Virus record (IMG/VR): IMGVR_UViG_3300029922_000022
Length of the DNA stretch: 64,000 nt
Strand: one strand, 5' to 3'
Source: an uncultured virus (IMG/VR IMGVR_UViG_3300029922_000022)
Taxonomy: Duplodnaviria; Heunggongvirae; Uroviricota; Caudoviricetes
The notes beneath the pieces were generated by a model that had not been told where the DNA came from, did not search any database, and saw only the letters and a list, made by a program, of their open reading frames with translations. Made by a program: the position numbers and the translations under genes. This document shows positions 20,550 through 31,365 of the stretch, in pieces. Each line of letters begins with the position of its first letter. Within the stretch, counting starts at the first letter, position 1.

Positions 20550-22304
20550 ATGAATAAAGAAGAAAATATAGAAAAAATAAAAAAAGAAAATGGTACATCA
20601 GGAAAAATGTATAATGAGAAATACATTAAAAATAATTATCCTGAAATTTTTAAAGATGTTATAGAATTTTGTAGTAGTGATAAATTGATAGATTTACCTT
20701 TTAAAGAAAAAATTTATCATTATGTTAATGATTTAAAAGAAATTTTATATTGTTCAAATCCAAATTGTAATAATATAGTTAAGTTTAAGAATTCAACGAT
20801 AGGATATCATAAACATTGCTCTAAAGGTTGTACGAGTAAAGATCCGAATATTAAACAACAAAAAGAAGATAATTCATATATAAAATATGGAACTAAAGCA
20901 CCAGGAATGAATAATGATATTAAAGAAAAAATGATAAAAACCAATCAGGAAAGATATGGCGGTAATAGTCCTATGCAAAATATTGAAATACAAGAAAAAT
21001 CTAAAAAAACATTATTTAAAAATTATGGTGTATATAATTTAAACGATTCAGAAGAAATTGTAAAAAGAAGAATCGAATCATTTAAAAAAAGTAATTATAA
21101 AGAAAATTATACTAATACTATGATGTCCCGTTATGGAGTAAAATATACATTTCAAAATGAAGATTTTTATAAAAAATCTAAAGAAACATTATTTAAAAAT
21201 TATGGAGTATTTAATCCTTATGAAAATAAAGAGATATTAGACAGAGCACAAAAGAAAAGAAAAAATACTATTAAAAATAATAAAATATTGAATCAAGATA
21301 ATAATATAATTGATGTTGATTATGATACAAGAGAATATTTGATGAATTGTGATGTTGGAAAAAATCATACATTTAAAATTAGTTTTGAATTATATAAATC
21401 TAGAAAGCAATTTGCTAATTATAAATGTACTGAATGCTTTCCAGAACATTTCAATCAAACTTCAATGAGTGAATTCGAATTATTAAATTTTATACAAAAA
21501 CATTATAAAGACGAAATAGTAGTTAATAGCAAAAAAATTATTTATCCTTTTGAATTAGATATTTATTTACCAGAAATAAATATTGCATTTGAATTTAATG
21601 GTATTTATTGGCATGATGAACAGCACAAATCAAGTGATTATCATTTAAAAAAGACTGAATTATGTGACGAAAATGGTATTAAATTAATTCATATATGGGA
21701 AGATGATTGGATGTATAAAAATGATATAGTAAAATCAAATATTTTAAATATTTTAAGTATAAAAACAAATATTATAGATGTAAATGATTGTGATATAAAA
21801 GAAATAACTAATAGTGAAGTTATTAAAGATTTTTTAGAAAAAAATCATATTCAAGGATTTATAGATTCACAAATTAAAATAGGATTATATCATAATAATG
21901 AATTAATTAGTTTAATGAATTTTGAAAATAATATTGAATCATATGAATTATTAAGATTTTGTAATAAGTTAAATACTAATATTATTGGCGGATATGATAA
22001 ATTATTCAAATATTTTGTTATAAATTATGAACCAACGGAAATTATAGCATATTTTGATAGAAGTTGGAGTTATGATAAAATATATGAAAATTTAGGATTT
22101 GAATTAGTACATAAATCTCAATCTAATTATTCTTATGTTATTGATGGTATTCGTAAAAATAGATTTAATTTTGGCAAATCTATTTTAATAAAAGAAGGAT
22201 ATTCAAGTGAAAAAACTGAAAGTGAGATTATGTTAGAAAGAAAAATTTATAGAATTTATGATTCTGGACAATTAAAATTTATATGGAAAGATAAACAAAT
22301 TTGA
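20550..22304 (+). CDS. Homing-endonuclease-like protein (KNYG repeats, DUF559-like nuclease domain)
   Basis: ELDIYLP...AFEFNGIYWH...LIHIWEDDW; C-terminal RIYDSG. Confidence 0.75.
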   Translation: MNKEENIEKIKKENGTSGKMYNEKYIKNNYPEIFKDVIEFCSSDKLIDLPFKEKIYHYVNDLKEILYCSNPNCNNIVKFKNSTIGYHKHCSKGCTSKDPNIKQQKEDNSYIKYGTKAPGMNNDIKEKMIKTNQERYGGNSPMQNIEIQEKSKKTLFKNYGVYNLNDSEEIVKRRIESFKKSNYKENYTNTMMSRYGVKYTFQNEDFYKKSKETLFKNYGVFNPYENKEILDRAQKKRKNTIKNNKILNQDNNIIDVDYDTREYLMNCDVGKNHTFKISFELYKSRKQFANYKCTECFPEHFNQTSMSEFELLNFIQKHYKDEIVVNSKKIIYPFELDIYLPEINIAFEFNGIYWHDEQHKSSDYHLKKTELCDENGIKLIHIWEDDWMYKNDIVKSNILNILSIKTNIIDVNDCDIKEITNSEVIKDFLEKNHIQGFIDSQIKIGLYHNNELISLMNFENNIESYELLRFCNKLNTNIIGGYDKLFKYFVINYEPTEIIAYFDRSWSYDKIYENLGFELVHKSQSNYSYVIDGIRKNRFNFGKSILIKEGYSSEKTESEIMLERKIYRIYDSGQLKFIWKDKQI

Positions 22305-22331
22305 AAATATATAATATATAAATAAAAAATT

Positions 22332-22517
22332 ATGATAGAACAAAAACAGAAGGATGATTTAAAAAACCAACTTTTAGATATGACTGAATTGAGTAAGAAT
22401 TTACAAGAACCAGTATCTGAAGAAGAACAAAAGTCTTTAGATGATATTATGAATCAAATTCAAGAAGCTAGAGATTTTTTAGATGAATGTATTAAAAATA
22501 ATAAAAAGGAGAAATGA
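22332..22517 (+). CDS. Small coiled-coil hypothetical protein
   Basis: 61-aa ORF. Confidence 0.5.
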   Translation: MIEQKQKDDLKNQLLDMTELSKNLQEPVSEEEQKSLDDIMNQIQEARDFLDECIKNNKKEK

Positions 22518-22552
22518 ATAAAAAAGAGAAATGATTAAATCATTTCTCTTTT

Positions 22553-22954
22553 TTATATGTTAAATTTTTTAGTGCTTTTTGCTAATTCTAATTCAGTTTC
22601 TAACTTGCCTTTTTTATGATTATATAAAGTGAATGATTGAGTTTTATTTATTTTCCGATCTGTCAACTCATACCATTTATTATTCATTTTTACTAATATA
22701 TCAGATTCATAAGTACTTGATAGTTCATCTACTAATTTAATATCTTCACACCTCCCAGTTATACTTTTATTTATAGTTAAATAATTAAAATCATACTTAT
22801 AAATTTTAAAGCATTGAAATGTTATCATATGATTTAATATCATTTCAGAAATTAAATCAAAAAAATCAATATTATATGTTATGCAGTCATTCATTAAATT
22901 CATGATTGATATTTCTGTGTTGCGTAAATCTTCAAAGGTTTTTATATATTTCAT
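22553..22954 (-). CDS. MKxxKxFE...KFNI family protein (putative internal head protein)
   Basis: MKYIKTFED start, KKFNI end. Confidence 0.7.
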   Translation of the reverse strand: MKYIKTFEDLRNTEISIMNLMNDCITYNIDFFDLISEMILNHMITFQCFKIYKYDFNYLTINKSITGRCEDIKLVDELSSTYESDILVKMNNKWYELTDRKINKTQSFTLYNHKKGKLETELELAKSTKKFNI

Positions 22955-22999
22955 GATATTATATATTAAATTAAATATTTATTTTTTATATATAATGCT

Positions 23000-23359
23000 A
23001 TGAAGCATTTAAAAATATATGAAGCATTTAAAGAATCTGATGTCAAAATAGGAAATTATGTAATATTAAACGTTAAATTTAAAGATTTTGGATATTCTTT
23101 ATCTGATAATCAAAAAAATACTCTTGTCGAATATTTAAATAATACAATATGTGAAATTGTTAATATAACTACTAGTTATTCTGGTATCCAAGAGATAGAT
23201 GTTAAATATAATAATATACCGTTTACTCTTAATGATTGGTTCGGTGTAGGAAGAACTATTACATTAGATATTACAGATATTTTTGATATGTCAGATTCAA
23301 AAAAAGAACTAATTGATAGACATAATTTAAGGCAAGTAGTAAATAAATTTAATATATGA
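23000..23359 (+). CDS. MKxxKxFE...KFNI family protein
   Basis: MKHLKIYEA, KIGNYVIL, NKFNI. Confidence 0.7.
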   Translation: MKHLKIYEAFKESDVKIGNYVILNVKFKDFGYSLSDNQKNTLVEYLNNTICEIVNITTSYSGIQEIDVKYNNIPFTLNDWFGVGRTITLDITDIFDMSDSKKELIDRHNLRQVVNKFNI

Positions 23360-23661
23360 AGTATTTAAAAATATATGAAAAATATAATAATTTGCCTATT
23401 CTTGGTGATTATGTCGTAGTTTATTGTGAATCAATGAATGAAAAATTTAACGATTTTATAAATAATAATATTGGTAAGTTAAATAATTACGGTAGAATAA
23501 CAGATCTTGCTTGGGTTGAGTATTTTAATATTCCAGAAGAATTAAAAAAACATTTTGATGATGATAAATATGCTATACTTAATACAAATACTATTAAATA
23601 TTTTTCTAGTGACAAAAAAAATGTAGAAGCGTATTTGAAAGCTCAAAAATTTAATATATAA
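23356..23661 (+). CDS. MKxxKxFE...KFNI family protein
   Basis: MKYLKIYEK, LGDYVVV, QKFNI. Confidence 0.7.
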   Translation: MKYLKIYEKYNNLPILGDYVVVYCESMNEKFNDFINNNIGKLNNYGRITDLAWVEYFNIPEELKKHFDDDKYAILNTNTIKYFSSDKKNVEAYLKAQKFNI

Positions 23662-23664
23662 AAT

Positions 23665-24180
23665 ATGAAATTGAAAAGATTTAATGAAAGTGTTCATGAA
23701 GATTATGTCGAAATACTTCAAGATAAAATTAAAAATGATAAAAAAATTATTAATAGATTTGAATTTTATTTTGATAACATGAGTAATACATTTGAATGGG
23801 ATTCTGATAATATTACAATATTTGCAACTCCTTATTGGGAAGAAAATTTAAATTTACCTATTGATATTCTTATTGATGATACCGATCGTAATATTGTTTT
23901 TGAATTAAAAGAATTAACTTCACAAAAAGACGTTGATAATACTATAAATTATTATTATGAAATAATAGATTCATTAACATTAAAATTAAATAAAATATCA
24001 GAATTGAATAGTGTTATTCCTATTATATTAAATAAATTGAGTATTATAAAATTTGATAATATTATTATAAAATCTATTGACGATATAAAAAAATATGATA
24101 TTGATGAATTAGTAAAATTATATAATTACTTATATAAACAATATCCTGAAATATTTTTAGCTAAAAATTTTAATATATAA
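23665..24180 (+). CDS. MKxxKxFE...KFNI family protein
   Basis: MKLKRFNES, KNFNI. Confidence 0.7.
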   Translation: MKLKRFNESVHEDYVEILQDKIKNDKKIINRFEFYFDNMSNTFEWDSDNITIFATPYWEENLNLPIDILIDDTDRNIVFELKELTSQKDVDNTINYYYEIIDSLTLKLNKISELNSVIPIILNKLSIIKFDNIIIKSIDDIKKYDIDELVKLYNYLYKQYPEIFLAKNFNI

Positions 24181-24183
24181 AAA

Positions 24184-24525
24184 ATGAAATATTTAAAAAA
24201 ATTTGAAAGTTTCAATTGGAATTCTTTAATAGATATTAAAATAGGAGATTATGTGATAATTGATTCTAGTAAATTGTCAAATTTTATGATTAAAAATAAT
24301 GTTGATATATATAGAAATTTTTTGAATAGTAATATAGGTAAAATTATTAATATTAGTCGTGTGCTTGATAATATTAGAGTTAAATATGAAAATATACCTG
24401 ATATTATTAAAGATTATTTTGAAGAAGATAATTCTATATTTTTACATCCGTCAAAAATAAAATATTTTTCTAAAACAATAGATGACTTAAAATTGAAATT
24501 AGATACTGATAAATTTAATTTATAA
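24184..24525 (+). CDS. MKxxKxFE...KFNI family protein
   Basis: MKYLKKFES, KIGDYVII, DKFNL. Confidence 0.7.
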   Translation: MKYLKKFESFNWNSLIDIKIGDYVIIDSSKLSNFMIKNNVDIYRNFLNSNIGKIINISRVLDNIRVKYENIPDIIKDYFEEDNSIFLHPSKIKYFSKTIDDLKLKLDTDKFNL

Positions 24526-24528
24526 AAA

Positions 24529-25224
24529 ATGAAATATTTAAAAAAATTTGAAGGATTGATAAAAACTTATGATTATAATATAATCATAAAATTATTAAAT
24601 AATTTACTTGTTAAATATAATGAAAATGATAGTAATATAAGGCAATCCGCACAAGGTATTTATGCTAGATTTTCAAAAAAATTCATTAAAAAATCATATC
24701 TTGATATTTTAAATATATTGAAAGTTTGTGGTTATGTAATATCTTCATATAGTTATGATGAGAAAAAAAGAATTAATAAACAACCAGAAAATAATAATAT
24801 TTTATCTGATATTTATACATATATTAATTTTACACTTATAAAAAAGTTTGATATCGAAAATATAGATAATATAGATAATTTATATCACGTTACTGATAAA
24901 AAAAATATTAAAAATATATTAAAAAACGGATTAATTCCAAAATCAAATAATAAAATAGAATCACATCCAGATAGAATTTATTTAATGAGTAATTTAACTG
25001 GAGCTAATCATTATTTGCGATTACTAGAAGATAAATATGGAGATTATTCTGGCGATAGGTTTATAATATTAAAAATTAATAAAAAATTAATAAATATAAA
25101 ATTATATTATGACCCAATGTATCTTAGGTCAGAAAAAAACGTTGAAGTATCTGGATTTGACGCATTTTATACATATGATAATATTTCACCTGATTCTATA
25201 GAATTACTTACTATTGATTATTAA
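24529..25224 (+). CDS. Putative ADP-ribosyltransferase/Tpt1-fold protein with MKYLKKFE leader
   Basis: LYHVT...ILKNGLIPK...DRIYL...YTYDNISPDSI pattern. Confidence 0.55.
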   Translation: MKYLKKFEGLIKTYDYNIIIKLLNNLLVKYNENDSNIRQSAQGIYARFSKKFIKKSYLDILNILKVCGYVISSYSYDEKKRINKQPENNNILSDIYTYINFTLIKKFDIENIDNIDNLYHVTDKKNIKNILKNGLIPKSNNKIESHPDRIYLMSNLTGANHYLRLLEDKYGDYSGDRFIILKINKKLINIKLYYDPMYLRSEKNVEVSGFDAFYTYDNISPDSIELLTIDY

Positions 25225-25394
25225 AAATATGTCATAGTTAATAGGTGTAATCTTTTTTTAAATTTACATTATAAATATCTTTAATTTTTGTATATGTTTC
25301 CTTCTATGAATTCTAATATAGAATCATAAAAAAGTTTCATATTTATTTTTTAATGTAAACAACATTATCACCAATTTTAATATTTTATGATATT

Positions 25395-25712
25395 TTATAT
25401 TAACCAATTATTTTCATCAATAATCTCAATTTCTAATATTATTTCATTATCTTTTTTTAAATATATTTTATTATCGTCCCATTTCTGATAAGTATTAACA
25501 TTTAGTGTAATATTATTAAATAAACCAACAGTATATATTTTTTGATCTTTATTTAAACTTGGTAATTTATATAAACTACTATCACACAAAATAGTAGCAA
25601 TATTTCCATTTGTTTCTATATTATCAACATTTTCATCAATGTGTGATATGATATCATCTTCTAATTGTTTTTGTGATAAAATACCGGTTTTTTCTGTTAT
25701 TTTAATTTTCAT
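25395..25712 (-). CDS. Hypothetical protein
   Basis: 105-aa ORF overlapping 25702 ORF. Confidence 0.55.
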   Translation of the reverse strand: MKIKITEKTGILSQKQLEDDIISHIDENVDNIETNGNIATILCDSSLYKLPSLNKDQKIYTVGLFNNITLNVNTYQKWDDNKIYLKKDNEIILEIEIIDENNWLI

Positions 25713-26295
25713 GTTTTTTAATTATTTTTATTATATAATATGCTTTTTCAGGAAACATTCCTATATCAATTAATGCTATTTTAATATTATTTTTATCATT
25801 TAAAGCATTTTCGTTAGTAGCTACAATGATACCTGGCTGATCAATATTAGTTTTATACCCAAATATGATTTCGTCATTTAAATATTCAGAAATAATGATA
25901 GGTATATTAATATTTTTTTCATTTATAATATCTATTAAATCATTATTGTTTTTTGTGATATGTATTTTTTTAGGTATTATAATAAATTTATCATCATATC
26001 CAATTTTGATAGTTGATTCTTTTAATATTTTAAAATTATCATTAATATAATTCGCTATTTCATCAATATTAATATTAATATTTGTTGAATTTCTTTTAAT
26101 ATCTTTAATTTTATTTATAAAAATTTTTTCAATAAGTTCAGGAATATTTTCTAAATCATCAATTTTAAACGTGCCTGCAGATACTGTCTTAGTATATACA
26201 TTATTATCTTCATTAACATATAGTAAAGATATTTTTTCTAAATTGTCAGTTTCTTTTACTGATATATAATCTAATGTTTTTATTTTTTCTAACAT
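25702..26295 (-). CDS. Hypothetical protein
   Basis: 197-aa ORF. Confidence 0.6.
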   Translation of the reverse strand: MLEKIKTLDYISVKETDNLEKISLLYVNEDNNVYTKTVSAGTFKIDDLENIPELIEKIFINKIKDIKRNSTNININIDEIANYINDNFKILKESTIKIGYDDKFIIIPKKIHITKNNNDLIDIINEKNINIPIIISEYLNDEIIFGYKTNIDQPGIIVATNENALNDKNNIKIALIDIGMFPEKAYYIIKIIKKHEN

Positions 26296-26343
26296 ATCAT
26301 TTTTATTTTAATATATATACTAATAAAAAATAAGTTTAAAAAT

Positions 26344-27087
26344 ATGAAGACATATATTCAATTTATAAATGAAGCAAGTATTGGAGATCTTTTTAAAAAT
26401 CAAGTAGAACTATTTCTATCTAATGATAGAGAAGATAAACAATTGTTTGCTGAAAGTAAAACATTAGGTAAAAAAATTTTAGAAGATTCTACCATTGTAC
26501 TTAAATGTAAAAATTATATAATTAATTCATTTTCTCAAATGGGATATGATAAATTAAGCATAGAAAATATAGAATTAACTTTTTATGAACCTGAAAATAT
26601 AATAGTCGGTATTATTCCAGATGGAGTTCTAAAAAATTTTGGTAAAACTGGTCATAGTGTATCTTTAAGAAAACTTAATATAATAGTTTTTGAAAAATCT
26701 CAATGGAAAAATGATGTTGAAGGTTGGATAATACATGAAGTTGGTCATGTTATATCTTGGAGAGATTATAAAGATTCACCGAAAATAAAAAATGAATTTA
26801 TTACTGGAACTAAAGTCGATGCTAATTCTAATGTATTTGACTCAAAAGATTGCTTCGGTTATAATGGATATCCAAATGTTTGGTTCGAATATATACCATT
26901 TATAAATCAAATTAAATTTTTATTGAAATCAAATTCTCCAGAAAATACAATTAGATTAATGATGAAAGATTATGAAGTAGAACATAATCCTGACGAATTG
27001 ATGAAATATGAACAAATTTTTATAAATTATTTGAATTGCGTATTAGGTGAAAAAAGTGAAATAAAAAATAAATATATAACATTATAA
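26344..27087 (+). CDS. Putative zincin metallopeptidase with T4-CTS-like leader
   Basis: MKTYIQFINEA; IIHEVGHV (HExxH). Confidence 0.55.
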   Translation: MKTYIQFINEASIGDLFKNQVELFLSNDREDKQLFAESKTLGKKILEDSTIVLKCKNYIINSFSQMGYDKLSIENIELTFYEPENIIVGIIPDGVLKNFGKTGHSVSLRKLNIIVFEKSQWKNDVEGWIIHEVGHVISWRDYKDSPKIKNEFITGTKVDANSNVFDSKDCFGYNGYPNVWFEYIPFINQIKFLLKSNSPENTIRLMMKDYEVEHNPDELMKYEQIFINYLNCVLGEKSEIKNKYITL

Positions 27088-27098
27088 AAATAATAAAG

Positions 27099-27476
27099 AT
27101 GAAAAAAATAAAAACATTCGAAAATTTTACAGCACAAAATGAAATTAATGTTATTATTGATACTTCTGCAAGTATGTCAGATGATCAATTACAAAAAGCT
27201 ATAACTGAAATAGATATGATAGATGATTACTGTTGTAATATTAATGTTATACAAGTATCAGATAAAATTGATGATGTTACTGTAATTAATAATATACATA
27301 ATTTATTATATTTGAAATTTAAATTTGGTGCTGGAGGTTCTGATTTACGTGCAGCAATAGATTATATTATTGATAATGACTTAAATGATAATAAAACATA
27401 TATTATATCAGATTTCATTTTACCTAAAATAGATTTCTCAGAATTATCAGATTACGAAAAAATAGTAGTAGAATAA
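27099..27476 (+). CDS. Stand-alone vWA-like domain with MKKIKTFE leader
   Basis: NEINVIIDTSASMS, GGSD, IISDF; resembles C-terminus of 11623-13209. Confidence 0.7.
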   Translation: MKKIKTFENFTAQNEINVIIDTSASMSDDQLQKAITEIDMIDDYCCNINVIQVSDKIDDVTVINNIHNLLYLKFKFGAGGSDLRAAIDYIIDNDLNDNKTYIISDFILPKIDFSELSDYEKIVVE

Positions 27477-27517
27477 TTAATTTTATTCTTGATATATTAT
27501 AAAATAAAATATGAAAT

Positions 27518-27769
27518 ATGAAATACTTAAAAAAATATGAGATCGTTAATCAAAACCCAAAAATTGATGATTATGTTATTTTAAATGATATGCCATCAGT
27601 AATAGGTAGAATAAAAGAAGTCAATAGAAATTTTACATATTATATTAAATTTATAGGTAATAGTTATATTACTGATAGAAGAGTTTTTTCAACATCTGAG
27701 ATTAAATATTGGAGCGAGAATAAGAAAGAATTAGAGTTAATAGCTGATACAAATAAATTTAACATATAA
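27518..27769 (+). CDS. MKxxKxFE...KFNI family protein
   Basis: MKYLKKYE, KIDDYVIL, NKFNI. Confidence 0.7.
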   Translation: MKYLKKYEIVNQNPKIDDYVILNDMPSVIGRIKEVNRNFTYYIKFIGNSYITDRRVFSTSEIKYWSENKKELELIADTNKFNI

Positions 27770-27779
27770 TATTTAAAAA

Positions 27780-28268
27780 ATGAAGACATATATACAATTT
27801 ATAAAAGAAGATAATAATTAAAAATTATCTGATGATAAATATGAAATTAAATATGAAAAATGGAAAAAATCAGATTATTCTGAATGTTATATGGCATATA
27901 ACCTTTATAAAAATGATCAATTAGTAGCTGGTATTTCAAATGATAGTAAAGATAAAATGAAAGTTGTTGTTAGACACATTGAAAATTTTTCAACTGAAAA
28001 AGGAATGACAACAAAATTATTATTTATGTTGTTAGATATGAATGTTTCTATTGATACTGGTAAACCAAATTATAATTCAATTTCAACTACTGCATATAAT
28101 ATGAATAAAAAAATAGTGGAAATAATAAATAATAGTAAAGGTAAATATAAAGCAACTATTTTAGGTCCTGCTAATAATAAAGGCAAAGAAAATGAAGAAA
28201 AATATAAAGATGTCGCAGGTAAAAATACTAAATCAGATAATTATCATTATAGATTTCAAAAAATATAA
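27780..28268 (+). pseudogene. CTS-leader gene with in-frame TAA at 27819-27821 (downstream part is ORF 27891-28268)
   Basis: MKTYIQFIKEDNN*KLSDDKYEIKYEKWKKSDYSECY in frame with MAYNLY. Confidence 0.65.
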
Positions 28269-28450
28269 TATATAAATCTATTATATATAAATATTTTTTT
28301 TTACTTTTTCATTTTTTATTAAAATACTCAATATATAAGCACCTATTTAGGTAAATAAATTTATTTATTGGTTTTTTTCATTACAGTGTGTTAGATTTAA
28401 TATATAGACTGAATTATATATTTAATTTATAAAAAATAATCTAATAAAAA

Positions 28451-29014
28451 ATGGGATTAGCACACTTTACAGCAGTGGATACGGCAAGAGAAAAATGGGA
28501 ACCTATTCACAAGAATCTATACGAGACTACAATTATTTTACCAACTGTTCTCCAATCACTACATCCAAACGCAACACACTTACTTTTGGAAAATACAAAA
28601 TCAGCAAAGTTTCCAGCTTATCCTGATTTATCAACTGGTGTTCAAAGATTTAAATACTCTACAAGAGTTTTTATTATGATGCCAGAAAAAACACATATAG
28701 ATGATTTATCTATTGTATTTAATCTTAACCAAAATGATGACTATCAAATATTTTGCTTTAAAATGCTAAAAGATTGGTACGATTTAGGCTGGAATAACGA
28801 AACTGGTACTCTTCATTATAAGAAAAATACGGTTGGAGATATTATTATTCATGCTCATGATAAAGAAGGTAAAGTTATTCGTAGGGTAACATACCATAAC
28901 GTTATGATGAAAAGCTTTACAGGATTTGAAGATCTAAGTTGGGAAAGTTCAACTGATATTTTCGACCTTACTGCAAACTTCGTTGCAGATTATTGGGAAG
29001 ATTTCTACTATTAA
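28451..29014 (+). CDS. Tail tube protein (T4 gp19-like)
   Basis: 187 aa; DWYDLGWNNETG, DLSWES, FVADYW; near sheath gene. Confidence 0.8.
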   Translation: MGLAHFTAVDTAREKWEPIHKNLYETTIILPTVLQSLHPNATHLLLENTKSAKFPAYPDLSTGVQRFKYSTRVFIMMPEKTHIDDLSIVFNLNQNDDYQIFCFKMLKDWYDLGWNNETGTLHYKKNTVGDIIIHAHDKEGKVIRRVTYHNVMMKSFTGFEDLSWESSTDIFDLTANFVADYWEDFYY

Positions 29015-29128
29015 AATTTTATGAATTTTTAAAAATTAATAGGTATAAAAACCTATTAATTTTTAAATTTTTAGATTACTGGGAAGAAAATAAATTAAAC
29101 AAAAAACAAAAAATCATATATATAAAAT

Positions 29129-29815
29129 ATGAAAAAAATATGTAGAATTTGTAAAGAAAATAAAGAATTAAGTGAGTTTCATAAAAAATGTAATACTTTT
29201 GATGGTCATAGAAGTGAATGTAAAGAATGTATTAAAGATATTCAAAAAAAATATAAAGAAAAACCTGATTTTAAAGAAAAAAGAAAAGAATATGATAAAG
29301 ATCGTTATGATGAAAATAGAGAAAAAATATTAGATAGGAAAAAAGAATATCACATTGAAAACAGAGAAAAAATATTGGAGAAAAAAAAGGAATATCATAG
29401 TAAACCAGAAGTAAAAGAAAAAATGAAGGATTATAGTAAATATTATAGAACAGAATGTAAAGATAAGTTTTATAAGTATAGGAACAACAATCCTCACATT
29501 ATAGTATGGCGTTCGGTATTAAATTCCACGTTAAAGAGATTAGGAACTATGAAGGAGGGTAACACGATAGATATATTAGGTTATTCTGCATTAGAGTTAA
29601 AGGAGCACATTGAGAATTTATTTACTCCTGGAATGACTTGGAATAATCATGGTGATTGGCATATAGATCATATAATAGGTGTTATAAATTTTACCAGTGA
29701 TTCTGACATTAGGGAAGTATGTTCATTAAGTAATTTACGTCCATTATGGTCGACTACGAGGGAGATAGATGGTATAATATATGAAGGAAATTTAAACAGG
29801 AGTAAGATTAATTAG
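29129..29815 (+). CDS. HNH homing endonuclease
   Basis: KICRICKE...CKEC; MTWNNHGDWHIDHI...NLRPLW; paralog of 57053-58057. Confidence 0.8.
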   Translation: MKKICRICKENKELSEFHKKCNTFDGHRSECKECIKDIQKKYKEKPDFKEKRKEYDKDRYDENREKILDRKKEYHIENREKILEKKKEYHSKPEVKEKMKDYSKYYRTECKDKFYKYRNNNPHIIVWRSVLNSTLKRLGTMKEGNTIDILGYSALELKEHIENLFTPGMTWNNHGDWHIDHIIGVINFTSDSDIREVCSLSNLRPLWSTTREIDGIIYEGNLNRSKIN

Positions 29816-29827
29816 AAAAAGATTCCA

Positions 29828-30043
29828 TTAGGAATCTTTTTCTATATTTTTAGGTTTTTTATCGAACATTACGATTAATGCGATTGCTGCAAAAATATCT
29901 ACCCATAATATATTAATTGGATGTATACCTATTAGTCCGCATGTTGCTCCGATAATAAATGCTACAGTTATTGGAATTAAAGCATACCATTTCCAGCCTT
30001 TTCTCCACACTAAGATTGTTAAAATAATTTCTATTATACCCAT
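29828..30043 (-). CDS. Small membrane protein
   Basis: Hydrophobic 71-aa ORF. Confidence 0.55.
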   Translation of the reverse strand: MGIIEIILTILVWRKGWKWYALIPITVAFIIGATCGLIGIHPINILWVDIFAAIALIVMFDKKPKNIEKDS

Positions 30044-30088
30044 AATTTATTTTTATTTTTTATATAGAAATAGATTATTAAAGTTTAA

Positions 30089-31189
30089 TTAAAAATAATA
30101 GTTATCATCATAGAAATCTGATAAAAAATTTAGCCAAGCATTTATTGCATTTTCATTATATTTTTTAAGAGATATTAAGTTTTTCTTAGTATATGATTCT
30201 TTATTTTTTATAGTATTACTTAGTTGTTTACACATTGAGTTTACACTATTTGGATCTGATATTCCTGTAGATACCCAATTTATTTCGTTTGATACTACAA
30301 CAGGAACGTTCATAAATACAGCATCTGCTGTTACGATATTAAATGTTTCAGTTAATGATACTTGCATTAATATATCCATTTTACTTAGTAGATTAAGAAA
30401 GTTTTCTCTATTTAGCCATTCAATTTCGATTAAGTTATGTTTAGTATTATTGAATAATGCTTTAATATTTTTATAAACATTAGCGCCAGATTGTTCTAGT
30501 CTACTATAATTGATATAGAAATTTACAATTGTATTATTTTCTTCTCCAAATTTTATAGCTGCAACAGCTTGGTTTAGTTGATTTTTCAATGGTCTAATTG
30601 CGCCGAAGCATCCAATATTATATGATTCTTTAATTTTTATTTTTGAAAATAATTTAAAAAAATTACCACATTTTTTTTTAATTATAATATCTTCATATAT
30701 ATTTGGTAGATATATATTTTTTATGCCTATTGAATTTAGATCTTTATGAGTTATTTCATTATTAAATGAAACTTCAACATTTTCAATTTTCAAATATTCT
30801 TTAATCCATGTAATAGCGATTCCTTCCATTGCTAAAAATGGAATTTTACTATGTATTCTTATAATAAATTTTATATTTGGATATAATTTATGTAATTCTG
30901 ATATTTTTTCAGGAGTTACCCAAATTGCTTCAATTATACATATATTTGGTTTTATTTTGAATAATTTATTATCAATGTCGTTACCATCAATACACAATTC
31001 TACATCAGATTGAATATTTGGTAGAGTTGATATAAAATTTGAAACAAGTCTAGCAGAATTATACAATCCAGATTTTAATTTACCAAATGAATAATCTGGT
31101 GAATCATTATAGCCTGAATTGTCACTATACTCCGAATTATAGTCTGAGCAATAAGTTTGAGATTTTTTAAGTAAGAATAAAATTTTCAT
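30089..31189 (-). CDS. GT-B (family 4-like) glycosyltransferase
   Basis: GCFGAIRPLKN...QVSLTETFNIVTADA...VPVV. Confidence 0.8.
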   Translation of the reverse strand: MKILFLLKKSQTYCSDYNSEYSDNSGYNDSPDYSFGKLKSGLYNSARLVSNFISTLPNIQSDVELCIDGNDIDNKLFKIKPNICIIEAIWVTPEKISELHKLYPNIKFIIRIHSKIPFLAMEGIAITWIKEYLKIENVEVSFNNEITHKDLNSIGIKNIYLPNIYEDIIIKKKCGNFFKLFSKIKIKESYNIGCFGAIRPLKNQLNQAVAAIKFGEENNTIVNFYINYSRLEQSGANVYKNIKALFNNTKHNLIEIEWLNRENFLNLLSKMDILMQVSLTETFNIVTADAVFMNVPVVVSNEINWVSTGISDPNSVNSMCKQLSNTIKNKESYTKKNLISLKKYNENAINAWLNFLSDFYDDNYYF

Positions 31190-31365
31190 ATATAAGTTTT
31201 TTTTTTAATTGTTAAATAAGTTTTAATATTTTTTATAACTTATATATAAAAATATATTGTTAAATAATTGATAAAATACTAATTATTATGATATAAAAAT
31301 AAAAAAATATATTTTTATGGTGGGACAGAATCTTTTTTATATATAATCAAAAAATAATTAATTAT

